A DNA stretch of 64,000 nt from Alphaproteobacteria bacterium (GTDB lineage: Bacteria > Pseudomonadota > Alphaproteobacteria > UBA828). The stretch is from NCBI GenBank assembly GCA_963422645.2, contig CAXXVO010000009.1, positions 288,001 through 352,000 of the forward strand, given 5' to 3'. Positions 62,438 to 64,000 of the stretch are shown piece by piece (the stretch's first letter is position 1; the number at the start of each line of letters is the position of its first letter). A program made the translations under genes and the position numbers. Under the pieces are notes generated by a model. The model searched no databases. It saw only the letters and a list, made by a program, of their open reading frames with translations, and had not been told where the DNA came from.

Positions 62438-63463
62438 ATGGCCGATACCGCCCAGCAGCGCCCGACGCCGTTGGAGAGGGCGGAGTATTTCGCAACGCTC
62501 ATTTTCGTCCGCGCGGGCGTGCTCCCCTGGTTCCTCCTCATCGCGATCGTCGTCTTCGCGGTCACCACCGACAACTTCTTCAGCAGCCGCAACCTGATGC
62601 AGGTCGCGCGCCAGGCGACCTATCTGACCATGGTGTCGATGGGCCAGATGGTCGTGCTGCTGACCGCGGGCCTCGACCTCTCGGTCGGCGTCATGTTCGC
62701 CTTGGTCTCGGTCATCACGGCGATGGCCATGGTCGGCGCGTGGGACGGCGGCACCGCGACCACGGGCGCGATCCTCATCGGCTGCCTTGCGGGCTTCGGC
62801 GCCGGCACCGCCATCGGCGTGGTCAACGGCATCGGCGTTGCGGTCTTCCGCGTGCCGCCCTTCATGATGACGCTTGCCATGTCGTCCATCGTCTTCGGCA
62901 TCGCGCTCATGATCACCGGCGGCACGCCGATCTACGGCATGCCGGACGACTTCGCTAACGTCCTCGGCTACGGCAGGGGTCTCGGGGTTCCGATCCCGAT
63001 CTGGATCACCATCGGGTTCATCATCCTGATGTACGTGTTCCTCAACTGGACCCGGATGGGGCGCTATCTCTATGCGCTGGGCGGCAACCTCAAGGCGTCG
63101 CAGCTCTCGGGCATCAGCACGCGCTTCTACCTCTTCATGGCCTACGTCGTGACCGCCGGGATCACGACCATCGGCGCCATCATGCTGACCGCGCGGCTGG
63201 AAAGCGGCGAGGGGAACATCGGCAAGGAGTATCCGCTGCTCTCGATCGCGGCCTGCGTGATCGGCGGGGTCAGCCTCTTCGGCGGCACCGGGCGCCTGCC
63301 CAACGTGGTGCTCGGCGCCATCTTCATCATCCTCGTGCAGAACGGCATGAACCTGCTGCGTATCAGCTCCTACATGCAGTTGGTGGTGATCGGCATCCTG
63401 CTCATCCTCGCGGTGATCGCCGACAACTACCGGCAGAAGCTGCTGCTCATGCTCAGGGACTAG
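62438..63463 (+). CDS. CUT2 ABC permease (RbsC-like)
   Basis: GLDLSVG, GRYLYALGGN, IAACVIGG.SL.GG. Confidence 0.9.
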   Translation: MADTAQQRPTPLERAEYFATLIFVRAGVLPWFLLIAIVVFAVTTDNFFSSRNLMQVARQATYLTMVSMGQMVVLLTAGLDLSVGVMFALVSVITAMAMVGAWDGGTATTGAILIGCLAGFGAGTAIGVVNGIGVAVFRVPPFMMTLAMSSIVFGIALMITGGTPIYGMPDDFANVLGYGRGLGVPIPIWITIGFIILMYVFLNWTRMGRYLYALGGNLKASQLSGISTRFYLFMAYVVTAGITTIGAIMLTARLESGEGNIGKEYPLLSIAACVIGGVSLFGGTGRLPNVVLGAIFIILVQNGMNLLRISSYMQLVVIGILLILAVIADNYRQKLLLMLRD

Positions 63464-63493
63464 TTCCCAAGAACCAGGGCTCAGAGTTTGGCG

Positions 63494-64000
63494 ATGGCGA
63501 CGACCGGACAGCTGCCCGTTATCTCAGGCGATTCCCACGTTATCGAGCCGGCGGACCTCTGGACCAAGCCGCTCGGCGCGCGCTACGGCGATGCCGTGCC
63601 GCACATGGTGTCCGAACACGCCGGCACCGAGGCCGATCACTTCTTCACGGGCTTCGAGTACGTTCGCGTGGACGAGATCGTGGAGGGCGACGAGGAGCTT
63701 CAGCGGAAGCTCGTGGGCTCGGGCACCGACCCGGCGATCCGTCTCGTCTGCATGGACGAGGACAACGTCGTCGGCGAGATCGTGAACTCGACCTGGATGC
63801 TCTACGCGATGCGTGCGCGGGACGACCGGCTGGTCGAGGACCTGTGCAGCGTGTTCAACGACTGGCTCGCCGAATACTGCAGCCATGCGCCGAAGCGCCT
63901 CTACGGCACCTCGATGATCCACATGGCGGACATCGGCTGGGCCTGCAAGGAGCTGGAGCGCAGCGCGAAGCGCGGGCTGAAGAGCGTCATCATCAACTGC
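63494..64000 (+). CDS. Amidohydrolase 2 family protein (partial, runs off window)
   Basis: MATTGQLPVISGDSHVIEP, FNDWLAEYC...PKRL. Confidence 0.8.
   Translation, partial: MATTGQLPVISGDSHVIEPADLWTKPLGARYGDAVPHMVSEHAGTEADHFFTGFEYVRVDEIVEGDEELQRKLVGSGTDPAIRLVCMDEDNVVGEIVNSTWMLYAMRARDDRLVEDLCSVFNDWLAEYCSHAPKRLYGTSMIHMADIGWACKELERSAKRGLKSVIINC

Overview
High-GC alphaproteobacterial chromosomal segment. Core genes are pstS-phoB, argE, a FadB-like protein, rlmN, def, COQ9, hemW-rdgB-rph and tRNA-Leu/Asn/Lys. Catabolic and transport genes include a DMFase large subunit, Mct, an RND pump, hydantoinase A/B, TPP enzymes, two ABC systems, a Rieske oxygenase and a NicX-like dioxygenase. The most notable feature is an apparently intact IS66-family element (2740-5200, 13-bp IRs, 8-bp TSD GGATAATC). 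It splits a GST gene and carries a compact Dam-family DNA adenine methyltransferase whose stop overlaps the transposase start. The 23.4-35.6 kb region is a tRNA-anchored integration hotspot. It holds two integrase relics, an IS1595, a phage head/neck module with no tail genes in view, two nested IS66 copies and a DUF4338-IS4 transposase fusion. Other points of interest are a phased DnaA-box array, an orphan divergent GroEL, a frameshifted (R)-amine-transaminase-like gene and a TorT-like protein heading an ABC importer. All family calls come from reading motifs by eye; no searches were run.
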